Virus record (IMG/VR): IMGVR_UViG_2531839473_000014
DNA: 22,459 bases
Direction: 5' to 3' (one strand)
Source of the DNA: a virus
Lineage: Duplodnaviria; Heunggongvirae; Uroviricota; Caudoviricetes
Under the pieces are notes generated by a model. It was not told the DNA's origin. It worked only from the letters and a program-made list of their open reading frames with translations, and ran no database searches. The number at the start of each line of letters is the position of its first letter. The stretch's first letter is position 1. This document shows positions 9,685 to 17,572 of the stretch, one piece after another. The translations under genes and the position numbers were made by a program.

Positions 9685-9960
9685 ATGACATTAGATGAAT
9701 ATTTGAAAAAAAATCGTGTACGACAGTCTTGTTTGGCCGTACTCGCTGGTTGTTCGCAATCGATGATTAGCCTCGTAGCTACTGGCCGTAGTCAGTTAAG
9801 CCCCGAAAAGGTATTGCGTATCGCGGAGGCTACGAATTTCGAGGTTACACCTCATGAACTTCGGCCTGATATCTACCCGAATCCGACCGATGGTTTACCT
9901 GTTGGATGTAAAGCTAACACACAAAATGCACAGGAGTTGATTCATGAAAATCAGGCATGA
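9685..9960 (+). CDS. ydaS: Cro/CI-type HTH protein (YdaS-like), 91 aa from ATG at 9685
   Basis: ORF-track start is TTG; the ATG at 9685 follows an AAGGTG SD. HTH segment SCLAVLAGCSQSMISLVATGRSQLS. Divergent from the repressor. Confidence 0.7.
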   Translation: MTLDEYLKKNRVRQSCLAVLAGCSQSMISLVATGRSQLSPEKVLRIAEATNFEVTPHELRPDIYPNPTDGLPVGCKANTQNAQELIHENQA

Positions 9961-10366
9961 GCACATTGAATCAGTGCTGTTAGCCCTGGCCGCTGAAAAA
10001 GGGCAGGCATGGGTAGCCAATGCAATTACTGAAGAATATCTGCGCCAGGGGGGCGGCGAATTGCCCCTGGTACCAGGCAAGGACTGGAACAATCAGCAGA
10101 ATATCTATCACCGTTGGTTGAAAGGTGAAACGAAAGCGCAAAGGGAAAAAATTCAGAAACTGATCCCTGCGGTTCTGGCAATTCTTCCGCGCGAGCTGCG
10201 TCACCGACTCTGCATCTTCGATACCCTGGAACGCCGTGCATTACTGGCGGCGCAGGAAGCGTTGAGTACGGCAATTGATGCGCATGATGATGCAGTCCAG
10301 GCCGTTTACCGGAAAGCACATTTCAGCGGCGGCGGTTCGTCCGGCGATTCTGTTGTTGTTCATTAA
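9944..10366 (+). CDS. ydaT: YdaT-like protein (toxic partner of YdaS in Rac), 140 aa
   Basis: Overlaps the ydaS end by 17 bp; AGGAG SD; size and position match ydaT as recalled. Confidence 0.7.
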   Translation: MKIRHEHIESVLLALAAEKGQAWVANAITEEYLRQGGGELPLVPGKDWNNQQNIYHRWLKGETKAQREKIQKLIPAVLAILPRELRHRLCIFDTLERRALLAAQEALSTAIDAHDDAVQAVYRKAHFSGGGSSGDSVVVH

Positions 10367-10385
10367 GTGAATAGGGTAACTAACA

Positions 10386-10799
10386 ATGAAAATCAAACCG
10401 TTTATCAATGCTGGAAATCTTACTCCCGGCGAACTACGAGACTGGATCCTGAAACTTGCAAAAAATGCAGAAATTGCGGGTTGGGGTACAGAAACTTCGG
10501 TTCGGAAGCTTCAGAGCGCAGAACTTAGCCTGCGTTCAGTTATGGACGATTTATCCCCAAGAATTAATTTTCTGGGGTCAGAGCAAATAATTCGTTCGGA
10601 AGATCACTCCAGCGAAGTTGCGGAAGTTCTGAATACTCTGAGGATAACTTTTGCTGCCGTTCGCGATATTCAACGAACCATTCTCTCATTGATTTCTCAG
10701 CTTCAAGAAATTGATAGTCGCATTCCTGATGGGGGTCATAGAGAGCGTCTTCCAGAATGTGAAGAGCAAGGACAGGGGAAACAGATAAGGGATCAGTAA
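10386..10799 (+). CDS. Hypothetical protein, 137 aa
   Basis: Co-directional, 20 bp after ydaT; hydrophilic helical-looking product. A 151-aa ORF runs antisense across it (10564..11019), so strand choice is not certain. Confidence 0.4.
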   Translation: MKIKPFINAGNLTPGELRDWILKLAKNAEIAGWGTETSVRKLQSAELSLRSVMDDLSPRINFLGSEQIIRSEDHSSEVAEVLNTLRITFAAVRDIQRTILSLISQLQEIDSRIPDGGHRERLPECEEQGQGKQIRDQ

Positions 10800-11098
10800 T
10801 ACGTTTTTCACTTGCCTGGTATAGCAATCTCGCCAGCGAATCATAGCTACTGGGGCTCAGGAGAGAATCCCGTGAGTGATTTGTAAGAATCAGGTGGAAG
10901 CGGGTGAGAACTATAGCCTTGCATGTTACCAGGTTAACCATGTCGTGGTCGTGCTGGTTAATTTTGTACACAGTGCGCATGTGATTTTTAATTTTTTGGC
11001 AAACAGCCATTAAAGACATGTCGAACCTCCTTTGGTTCTGTTGCTTGGGGAATCACAGATTATATCCGGAGGAAGGTTCGACACCAGATGAGGCAATT

Positions 11099-12223
11099 AT
11101 GGTTAAGGCTAAAAACATGCCAAATCCCATGCCAAAAACTAAGGCAAACAATGAGCCTTATCGCAAGGTAAAAATAACGATATGGGATGATCCCAAATTT
11201 AGGGCTTTATCTCCTCTGCCTCCAAGTGGACAGAGTTTGTTTATTTATCTGCTGACCAGTCCATTTACCGGGATTATTCCTGGGTTGTTTAAAGCCGGGC
11301 GGGCAGCAATGGCTGAAGAGTTGGGGTGGGATATCGAAGCCTTTGACTTAGCCTTAGGCGAAGCCATGAATCTTGGCATGGTGAAAGCAGATATCAAAGC
11401 CAGAGTTTTTTGGCTCCCGAATGCTGCGAAACACAATCCGCCAAACTCGATAAATGTCATTAAATCCTGGGCAAAGGCATTCGCTTTAATTCCTGATTGC
11501 CCTCTCAAATGGGAGGCCAGGGAATCGCTGAGAGCCGCGTCCTACGGGGTTTCTGAGGCTTTGGGGATGGCATTCGATAAGGCAATCCCTTTGCCTGAGG
11601 ATAAGCCTAAGGATAAGGCTAACGCTTTGTCATGCGGTATCCAGATAACAGATAACAGATATATAAACCCCACACATAACGCGCGCGTGCGCGAGAGTGC
11701 TCCGGCCAGTGAGGCAAATGGCGTGCCGTTGCAGACAGCGGAACCTGATTACCTGGAAGGCCTGAGCGAACCCATCGGGAAATTCCCGATGAGCGATAGC
11801 TGGTATCCGTCACGGGATTTTCGACGACGGGCTGCGTTGTGGGGGATGGCTCTTCCTGAGCCGGAATTTACACCTGCTGAACTTGCCGCCTTCCGGGACT
11901 ACTGGGCAGCGGAGGGGAAAGTTTTCACGCAGGTTCAGTGGGAGCAGAAATTCGCCCGTCACGTAAATCATGTCAGGGCGCAGGTTAAACCAGTCAGCAA
12001 GGGGGCAAACTATGCAGCAGCACCAGGTGGCACCGCATCACGGGCAGTTCAGGAAATTCGGGCAGCACGTGAGCAGTGGGAACGTGAAAACGGATTTATC
12101 AGCGACGGAAACGGCCTGGAAGCTGTGGGAACTCATGGGGGAGGTTTATTCGAACCGCTGGCCCCGGAAGAACGGGGCCGCACCTTCGAAGCTCTGGATT
12201 GCACAGATTGGCGCGATGACTGA
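11099..12223 (+). CDS. Phage replication initiation / replisome-organiser protein with DnaT-like C-terminal domain, 375 aa
   Basis: ATG at 11099 with GAGG SD. C-terminal segment GKFPMSDSWYPSRDFRRRAALWGMALPEPEFTPAELAAFRDYWAAEGKVFTQVQWEQKFAR aligns by eye to E. coli DnaT ([26 protein letters not shown]...[20 protein letters not shown], recalled). Followed by a P-like gene. Confidence 0.7.
   Translation: MVKAKNMPNPMPKTKANNEPYRKVKITIWDDPKFRALSPLPPSGQSLFIYLLTSPFTGIIPGLFKAGRAAMAEELGWDIEAFDLALGEAMNLGMVKADIKARVFWLPNAAKHNPPNSINVIKSWAKAFALIPDCPLKWEARESLRAASYGVSEALGMAFDKAIPLPEDKPKDKANALSCGIQITDNRYINPTHNARVRESAPASEANGVPLQTAEPDYLEGLSEPIGKFPMSDSWYPSRDFRRRAALWGMALPEPEFTPAELAAFRDYWAAEGKVFTQVQWEQKFARHVNHVRAQVKPVSKGANYAAAPGGTASRAVQEIRAAREQWERENGFISDGNGLEAVGTHGGGLFEPLAPEERGRTFEALDCTDWRDD
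11600..11665. repeat. Iteron-like direct repeats inside the replication gene (candidate origin)
   Basis: GATAAGCCTAA / GATAAGGCTAA tandem at 11600-11622 and AGATAACAGATAACAGATA at 11643-11661, followed by ATATATAAA; located in the linker between the two domains of the replication protein, as for lambda ori within O. Confidence 0.35.
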
Positions 12224-12677
12224 GCAGCAAATCCGGCAGGTCTGCCGCCAGTGCATGGACCGCTGCCGGGCGGGTGAAACATGGCCTCCGGACCTGGCTG
12301 AGTTTGTGGCGCTGATTTCGGAAAGCGGAGCCAATCCATTCGGTCTGACGGTGGATGCTGTGATGGAGGAGTACCGCCGCTGGCGCAACGAGTCCTGGCG
12401 ATACGACGGAAGCGATAAATACCCGTGGTCTCAGCCTGTGCTGTATCACATTTGCCTCGAGATGCGTTCAAAGGGGATTGAGCGCCAGATGACCGAAGGG
12501 GAGTTAAAACGGCTTGCAGAACGGCAACTGACGAAATGGGCAAAGCATGTTGGTAACGGCCTGAGCATTCCGCCAGTCCGGCGACAGCTGGCGGCACCAA
12601 AACGCCCGTCGGGACCAACGCCAATTGAGTTGCTGAAACAGGAGTATGAACGCCGGAAAACGGCTGGTTTTGTTTGA
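12012..12677 (+). CDS. Lambda P-like replication protein (DnaB helicase loader), about 221 aa; start uncertain
   Basis: C-terminal region PPDLAEFVALISE...YPWSQPVLYHICLEM...ELKRLAERQ parallels lambda P (PGQFVAWCREE...YPWKSNAHYWLVTNL...ELRRKAADE, recalled). ATG at 12012 has a strong GGGGG SD; an alternative ATG at 12216 overlaps the upstream stop (ATGACTGA). Confidence 0.55.
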   Translation: MQQHQVAPHHGQFRKFGQHVSSGNVKTDLSATETAWKLWELMGEVYSNRWPRKNGAAPSKLWIAQIGAMTEQQIRQVCRQCMDRCRAGETWPPDLAEFVALISESGANPFGLTVDAVMEEYRRWRNESWRYDGSDKYPWSQPVLYHICLEMRSKGIERQMTEGELKRLAERQLTKWAKHVGNGLSIPPVRRQLAAPKRPSGPTPIELLKQEYERRKTAGFV

Positions 12678-12709
12678 GTTGAGAAGTAATTTTTACCGGG
12701 AGGAAATTT

Positions 12710-13456
12710 ATGGAGACTGTTTTTGACGCACTGAAAGCGATGGGAAAAGCCTCGTCGGTAGAGCTGGCTGCGCGACTTGATATCAGTCGTGAAGAAGTGC
12801 TGAACGAGCTGTGGGAACTGAAAAAGGCTGGTTTTGTTGATAAAAGCGCGTACACCTGGCGTGTGGCTGATAACAACGTTCAGCAGGAACAGCCAGCGCC
12901 AGAAGAACAGCCGGAAGAAACCACCACGGCAACAGTAGCGAAAATCTCAGAGTGCGATTTAACCGCGACGATTGAACAACGCGGACCACAAACGGCGGAT
13001 GAACTGGCTACGCTGTTCGGTACAACATCCCGCAAAGTTGCTTCAACGCTGGCAATGGCAATCAGCAAAGGTCGTCTGATTCGCGTAAACCAGAACGGTA
13101 AATTTCGTTACTGCATACCAGGTGATAATTTACCAGCAGAGCCGAAAGTTGAATCGGTAGCGGAAACCGATGGTAAAGCCTTTCCTCAGCCAGCCGGTGT
13201 TGCGTTACCGGTACAGAAAGATGCAACACAGGAAGATATTAAAACAGAAACTGTGGCGGACATTGTGCAGTCGCTGCCATCGTTTACTGCAACGCGAGAA
13301 GATGATTTGATTTTGCCATCGCTGCATATGGCAAATCGCGAACTGCGTAGGGCGAAGAATCATGTCCAGAAGTGGGAGCGAGTCTGCGCCGCGCTGCGGG
13401 AGCTGAACAAGCACCGGGATATGGTTGCCGGGATTTGTCGGAAGTCCGGGCAATGA
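12710..13456 (+). CDS. Hypothetical protein with two winged-helix-like segments, 248 aa
   Basis: GGGAGG SD before the ATG; N-terminal segment ([29 protein letters not shown]) and a second similar segment ([30 protein letters not shown]). Function unknown. Confidence 0.55.
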   Translation: METVFDALKAMGKASSVELAARLDISREEVLNELWELKKAGFVDKSAYTWRVADNNVQQEQPAPEEQPEETTTATVAKISECDLTATIEQRGPQTADELATLFGTTSRKVASTLAMAISKGRLIRVNQNGKFRYCIPGDNLPAEPKVESVAETDGKAFPQPAGVALPVQKDATQEDIKTETVADIVQSLPSFTATREDDLILPSLHMANRELRRAKNHVQKWERVCAALRELNKHRDMVAGICRKSGQ

Positions 13457-14125
13457 GTGGATGGTGCAGGCCTGAAATCATGATACTAACAATGAAGGTA
13501 AAATGCATCGGCAGTCTGATTGGCCGTAGTGAGGCGGCGGTCAGGATGAAAGCCCGGGTTAAGGGAATAAGCCTGATTCTGCGGGGTGATTTTCACCAGT
13601 CAACAAAATATCCGTAGCGCGATAACGGTCAAAAATCATGGCGCTGACACTTTTGTGCCACTGGAGATGACTGTACCTAAGTTCAGGGGAGAAGAACACG
13701 TCCGGTGGGATGGTCGGGCCAGATTTAAAGGGCAGGTCATGGCTCCAGCCTGTACGCTGGCAATGGAGGCTGCCTGGCGGGAAATTGATATGGGAACCAC
13801 GCCACTCAGGGATTTACTGCCGGTCCAGAGAATAAATTCCTGTTACGGTTACACCACTGTGATCTTGCAAGTGCAGGAGAGTAGGTCTACACGGTAACGC
13901 GAGTGCGTGTAACTTTTGATGTCATTCCCGTAGAAACACCGGACAAATTTTCGCTGACAGGTCATGCTGAAGGTATAAATCTGCAGATTATGGACAATTA
14001 CGGATATCCGGCAAGAGCCGGAAAAAGCATGCCGCCTCTAATTCTCAGTGGAAGATGGACTTGATTATACTCATTGCATTGTCAGAAATAGTTATCCATT
14101 AAAGGCTGGCTATTCCAAACAGGAT

Positions 14126-14149
14126 GTTGATTACAAAAATGTAATCAAC
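14126..14149. promoter_or_regulatory. Perfect inverted repeat GTTGATTACA-AAAA-TGTAATCAAC upstream of the binding-protein gene (candidate operator)
   Basis: 10-bp arms, 4-bp spacer, read directly; just upstream of a TATAAT hexamer at 14178-14183. Confidence 0.3.
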
Positions 14150-14315
14150 ATGTAAGGTTTATACTCTTCAATATGCGTATAATTTTCCTTATTTTGTTAA
14201 CTTTAAATAACAAACTATGCACGAGGTAAAGTCGGATAAGTTTATCTGGATGTAATATATATTATTTGTAGTGTTTATAACTTTATTTCATGATAACCAA
14301 TAAAAGGAGTTTTTT

Positions 14316-15074
14316 ATGAGGAACATAATGGCAGGTTTTTTAATATTCCTGTCTTCTGCTGCTTATGCTGATATCAATCTGTATGGTCCTGGTGGCCCGC
14401 ATACAGCCTTGCTTGATGCAGCCAAACTTTATGCCGAAAAAACAGGTATTATAGTGAACGTTCATTACGGCCCACAGAACAAATGGAATGAAGATGCCAA
14501 AAAAAATGCAGATATCTTGTTTGGCGCATCAGAACAATCTGCTCTGGCTATCATTCGGGACCATAAAGACAGCTTCAGTGAAAAAGATATTCAGCCTCTT
14601 TATCTGCGAAAAAGTATTTTATTGGTAAAGAAAGGTAATCCTAAAAATATCCGGAGTATTGACGACCTGACCAGACCCGGGATTGGCGTAATTGTTAATG
14701 ATGGTGGTGGTACCAGTAATACATCAGGCACTGGCGTCTGGGAAGATATTGCCGGACGTAAAGGGAATATAGAAACTGTCGCCGCAATCCGAAAAAATAT
14801 TATTTTATATGCGCCCAACAGCGGAACTGCACGTAAGGCTCTTGAGAATCAGCCTGAAGCAGATGTCTGGATAACCTGGGCTGACTGGGCAGCCAGTAAT
14901 CCAGAAATTGGTGATGTCGTGGAAATAGCGCCAGACTACGTGATATGGCGTGATATGAACATTACAGTACGTCAGGATGCAAATGATGAAACCCGTCGAT
15001 TTGCAGAATGGCTACAAACCGATGAAGCGGCGCCTGCATTCAAAAAATATGGCTGGACCAGGAAAGGCACTTGA
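14316..15074 (+). CDS. Periplasmic substrate-binding protein, ModA/TupA-like type 2 fold, 252 aa, orphan (no transporter partners)
   Basis: AAAAGGAG SD; Sec signal peptide MRNIMAGFLIFLSSAAYA then DINLY; overall layout and C-terminal FKKYGWT resemble ModA (FKRYGFT, recalled). AT-rich compared with the flanking phage genes. Confidence 0.75.
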   Translation: MRNIMAGFLIFLSSAAYADINLYGPGGPHTALLDAAKLYAEKTGIIVNVHYGPQNKWNEDAKKNADILFGASEQSALAIIRDHKDSFSEKDIQPLYLRKSILLVKKGNPKNIRSIDDLTRPGIGVIVNDGGGTSNTSGTGVWEDIAGRKGNIETVAAIRKNIILYAPNSGTARKALENQPEADVWITWADWAASNPEIGDVVEIAPDYVIWRDMNITVRQDANDETRRFAEWLQTDEAAPAFKKYGWTRKGT

Positions 15075-15080
15075 CATCCT

Positions 15081-15109
15081 CCACGTCCTTCAGGACGTGG
15101 ATTCTTTTT
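15081..15109 (+). terminator. Intrinsic terminator after the binding-protein gene
   Basis: CCACGTCC-TTCA-GGACGTGG followed by ATTCTTTTTCC, 7 bp after the stop codon. Confidence 0.65.
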
Positions 15110-15337
15110 CCGGATGCCGCGCCAGCGGCATGTAGGGGCAGCTCACAAAACGGAAAAAATTGTACGCTAAGCCTCGCCAGGTGAACTGAATTCATTCCGA
15201 TATGGGAATTCCCATATCGGGCGAAAACGGTTTGCTGTAACGGCAGAGTTAAGTAGAATTGCTGCGGGTGCTTGAGGCTATCTGCCTCGTGTTTAACTGT
15301 CCAACTTTTTGGGGTCAGTACAAAGTGAGGCCCCTAT

Positions 15338-15550
15338 ATGCTCGTCACATATAGATTGCCTCTTACGGACCGAAAGGTCAAGGAGAAGCAGGCTATGAAG
15401 CAGCAAAAGGCGATGCTAATCGCCCTGATCGTCATCTGTTTAACCGTCATAGTGACGGCACTGGTAACAAGGAAAGACCTCTGCGAGGTACGAATCCGAA
15501 CCGGCCAGACGGAGGTCGCTGTCTTCACAGCTTACGAACCTGAGGAGTAA
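15338..15550 (+). CDS. mok: Mok-like overlapping reading frame of the hok locus, 70 aa
   Basis: ORF begins upstream of hok and reads through it in the same frame, as in hok/mok loci; whether it is translated here is not known. Confidence 0.45.
   Translation: MLVTYRLPLTDRKVKEKQAMKQQKAMLIALIVICLTVIVTALVTRKDLCEVRIRTGQTEVAVFTAYEPEE
15395..15550 (+). CDS. hokD: Hok/Gef-family membrane toxin (type I toxin-antitoxin), 51 aa, HokD/RelF-like
   Basis: Translation MKQQKAMLIALIVICLTVIVTALVTRKDLCEVRIRTGQTEVAVFTAYEPEE; AAGGAG SD; single transmembrane helix plus conserved C-terminal tail. Confidence 0.85.
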   Translation: MKQQKAMLIALIVICLTVIVTALVTRKDLCEVRIRTGQTEVAVFTAYEPEE

Positions 15551-15618
15551 GAGACCAGGCGGGGGAGAAATCCCTCGCCACCTCTGATGTGTCAGGCATC
15601 CTCAACGCACCCGCACTT

Positions 15619-15641
15619 AACCCGCTTCGGCGGGTTTTTTG
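15619..15641 (+). terminator. Intrinsic terminator at the 3' end of the hok mRNA
   Basis: AACCCGC-TTCG-GCGGGTT followed by TTTTTT. Confidence 0.6.
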
Positions 15642-15800
15642 TTGTGCAGCGTAGTTGATTAGCTTTTTGTGTACTCCTTTGGTTGTGGTTCTTGAGGGGC
15701 CGTTTGGAGTAAATAGAATCATATTGCTTAGTTAGCGCGCAGGGAGAAGAGGGATGGACCCCAAACAGGGGAATGCTAATTATCCGGAAGGATTCTGCTG

Positions 15801-15974
15801 ATGAAAATCGAAGAATTGCGTGAAATTTTTAGTGAAAATGGCCTCTATGCTGTGCGCGTTGAGAATGGGGAAGTTGTCTACGCAACGTTAATTCCTGATG
15901 ATCATGTAATTTTATCTATCGAGGCATTCATTGAATACCTGGAAAGGCTCGGTTTCAAGGTGGTTCGGGAATGA
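15801..15974 (+). CDS. Hypothetical small protein, 57 aa (below the ORF-track cutoff)
   Basis: Hand-translated MKIEELREIFSENGLYAVRVENGEVVYATLIPDDHVILSIEAFIEYLERLGFKVVRE; GGAAGGA SD 8 nt upstream; lies between hok and the YbcN-like gene. Confidence 0.35.
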   Translation: MKIEELREIFSENGLYAVRVENGEVVYATLIPDDHVILSIEAFIEYLERLGFKVVRE

Positions 15975-16033
15975 GTTATAATTCGTAAGCCAGCCTGAAC
16001 AACTGGCAACCTACAGCGCCATTGGAGATAGCA

Positions 16034-16633
16034 ATGGCGCATATACAACTGGTCAAACAAACTTCTTCTGGTTTACTTCTCCCGGCGACGCCGGAGAGTT
16101 GCGATTTTCTGCATCAAATCAAAATAGGCGAGTGGATACACGCAGACTTTAAGCGTGTGCGTAACTACGCATTCCATAAGCGTTTTTTCAAACTCCTGCA
16201 ACTGGGATTCGATTACTGGACTCCGGCCGGTGGGGCGATCACGCCTCGCGAACGAAAACTGGTATCAGGTTTCGTTGATTACCTGTGCGAATCAGTAGGT
16301 CGGGAACATACGCCAGCCCTGAGTGATGCCGCAGAGCAATACCTTAACACCGTTGCGACTCGCAGAACCCGGGATGTGGCATTACTCAAGTCATTTGACG
16401 CTTTCCGCGAGTGGGTAACCATTCAGGCCGGATTTTACACCGAGCATTTTTATCCTGATGGTAGTCGTGGGCGTCGGGCGAAATCCATCTCGTTTGCGAA
16501 TATGGACGAAACCGAGTTTCAGCAGGTTTATAAATCTGTACTGAATGTGCTGTGGAACTGGATTCTGTTCCGTAAATTTTCCTCTCCGGAGGAAGTCGAA
16601 AATGTGGCCGCGCAGCTGCTGGAGTTTGCGTAA
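16034..16633 (+). CDS. DUF1367-like phage protein (YbcN-like), 199 aa
   Basis: ATG at 16034 with GGAG SD (ORF-track start is TTG); stop overlaps the next start (TAATG). Family assignment from recalled nin-region proteins. Confidence 0.55.
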   Translation: MAHIQLVKQTSSGLLLPATPESCDFLHQIKIGEWIHADFKRVRNYAFHKRFFKLLQLGFDYWTPAGGAITPRERKLVSGFVDYLCESVGREHTPALSDAAEQYLNTVATRRTRDVALLKSFDAFREWVTIQAGFYTEHFYPDGSRGRRAKSISFANMDETEFQQVYKSVLNVLWNWILFRKFSSPEEVENVAAQLLEFA

Positions 16634-16923
16634 TGGTGGACTTACGTAAAGCGGCGCGGGGGCAGATGTGCACCGTCAGAATTCCTGGCTACTGCAATCA
16701 CGATCCGGAAACGTCTGTGCTGGCGCATTACCGACTGGCGGGAACGTGCGGAACAGCGATAAAGCCACACGATATGCAGGCAGCGATTGCCTGTAGCTCG
16801 TGCCACGATTTAATCGACGGGCGGGTAAAAAACAGCGATTACACCAAAGAAGAATTACGCCTGATGCATGCAGAAGGTGTTTTTCGCACACAAGAAATCT
16901 GGAGAAAGGAGGGATATTTATGA
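16633..16923 (+). CDS. DUF1364-like zinc-binding phage protein (YbcO-like), 96 aa
   Basis: Cys/His pattern CTVRIPGYCNHD...CSSCHDLIDGR; translationally coupled to both neighbours (TAATG upstream, ATGA downstream). Confidence 0.55.
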   Translation: MVDLRKAARGQMCTVRIPGYCNHDPETSVLAHYRLAGTCGTAIKPHDMQAAIACSSCHDLIDGRVKNSDYTKEELRLMHAEGVFRTQEIWRKEGYL

Positions 16924-17462
16924 TTTACCCAACGAATACAGGAAAAAGCGGAGAACACCTTCGTCTCAACACGCTGGAAAGTGTCTGGATTCAGGGAAAA
17001 CTACGTATGTGGGGGCGCTGGTCGTACATTGGCGGCGGTAGGTCAGGGAATATGTTCAATCAGTTGCTGGCGTCAAAAAAGTTGACGAAAACAGCCATCA
17101 ATGAAGCCCTATTCAGAATGAAAAAAGCGGGAATAGAGAAACCTGAACTGGAATCATTTTTGCGAGAAATTATCAATGGCAAGCAAAAGAGCTGGCTGGT
17201 GCATTGTACTGATGCCGAGGCGCTATGCATTGATCGGGTGATTAGTGAAGTGCTGGCAGATCATCCGGGGTTGGTTTGTATCCTCCAGCAGCGGTATGAA
17301 GGACGGGGGATGACTAAGCGCAAAATGGCTGAATTGCTGAATGATGCACACCCAGAGTGGTGTTTTAGCACATGTGAAAAGCGAATTGCTAATTGGTTGG
17401 CTGTTGCTGAGTATGCGCTATACATTCCCATGCGAGAATCACTTGCTCAAAAAATAGCTTGA
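16920..17462 (+). CDS. Late-gene antiterminator Q-like protein, 180 aa
   Basis: ATG at 16920 after AAGGAGGG; contains the GKLRMWGRWSY segment recalled from Q-family antiterminators; followed by a short leader ending in an intrinsic terminator. Confidence 0.6.
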   Translation: MIYPTNTGKSGEHLRLNTLESVWIQGKLRMWGRWSYIGGGRSGNMFNQLLASKKLTKTAINEALFRMKKAGIEKPELESFLREIINGKQKSWLVHCTDAEALCIDRVISEVLADHPGLVCILQQRYEGRGMTKRKMAELLNDAHPEWCFSTCEKRIANWLAVAEYALYIPMRESLAQKIA

Positions 17463-17544
17463 TTTTTTACGCACAAACTGCTTCAATTTCGCTACGCTTC
17501 GCAAAGCTGTATCGCGAGGTGAGTCTGCGCATGAACTTTAATAG

Positions 17545-17572
17545 AACCCGCCTTCGAGCGGGTTTTGTTTTA
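17545..17572 (+). terminator. Intrinsic terminator about 85 bp downstream of Q (tR'-like; late promoter/qut expected in 17463-17544)
   Basis: AACCCGC-CTTCGA-GCGGGTT followed by TTGTTTTATT. Promoter hexamers not confidently assigned. Confidence 0.55.

Noticed and set aside
9895-10319. Three minus-strand ORFs antisense to ydaT
   Set aside because: Shadow ORFs in a GC-rich gene; no start signals.
11018-11098. Upstream extension of the replication gene from the ATG at 11018
   Set aside because: No SD and Cys/Trp-rich odd residues; the ATG at 11099 has a GAGG SD.
12099-12876. Long minus-strand ORFs (80-247 aa) antisense to the P-like and 248-aa genes
   Set aside because: Ser/Pro/Ala-rich low-complexity translations typical of antisense frames in GC-rich DNA.
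15334-15528. 64-aa minus-strand ORF antisense to mok/hok
   Set aside because: Not credible as a protein; noted only because the antisense sok-like RNA would map in this area.
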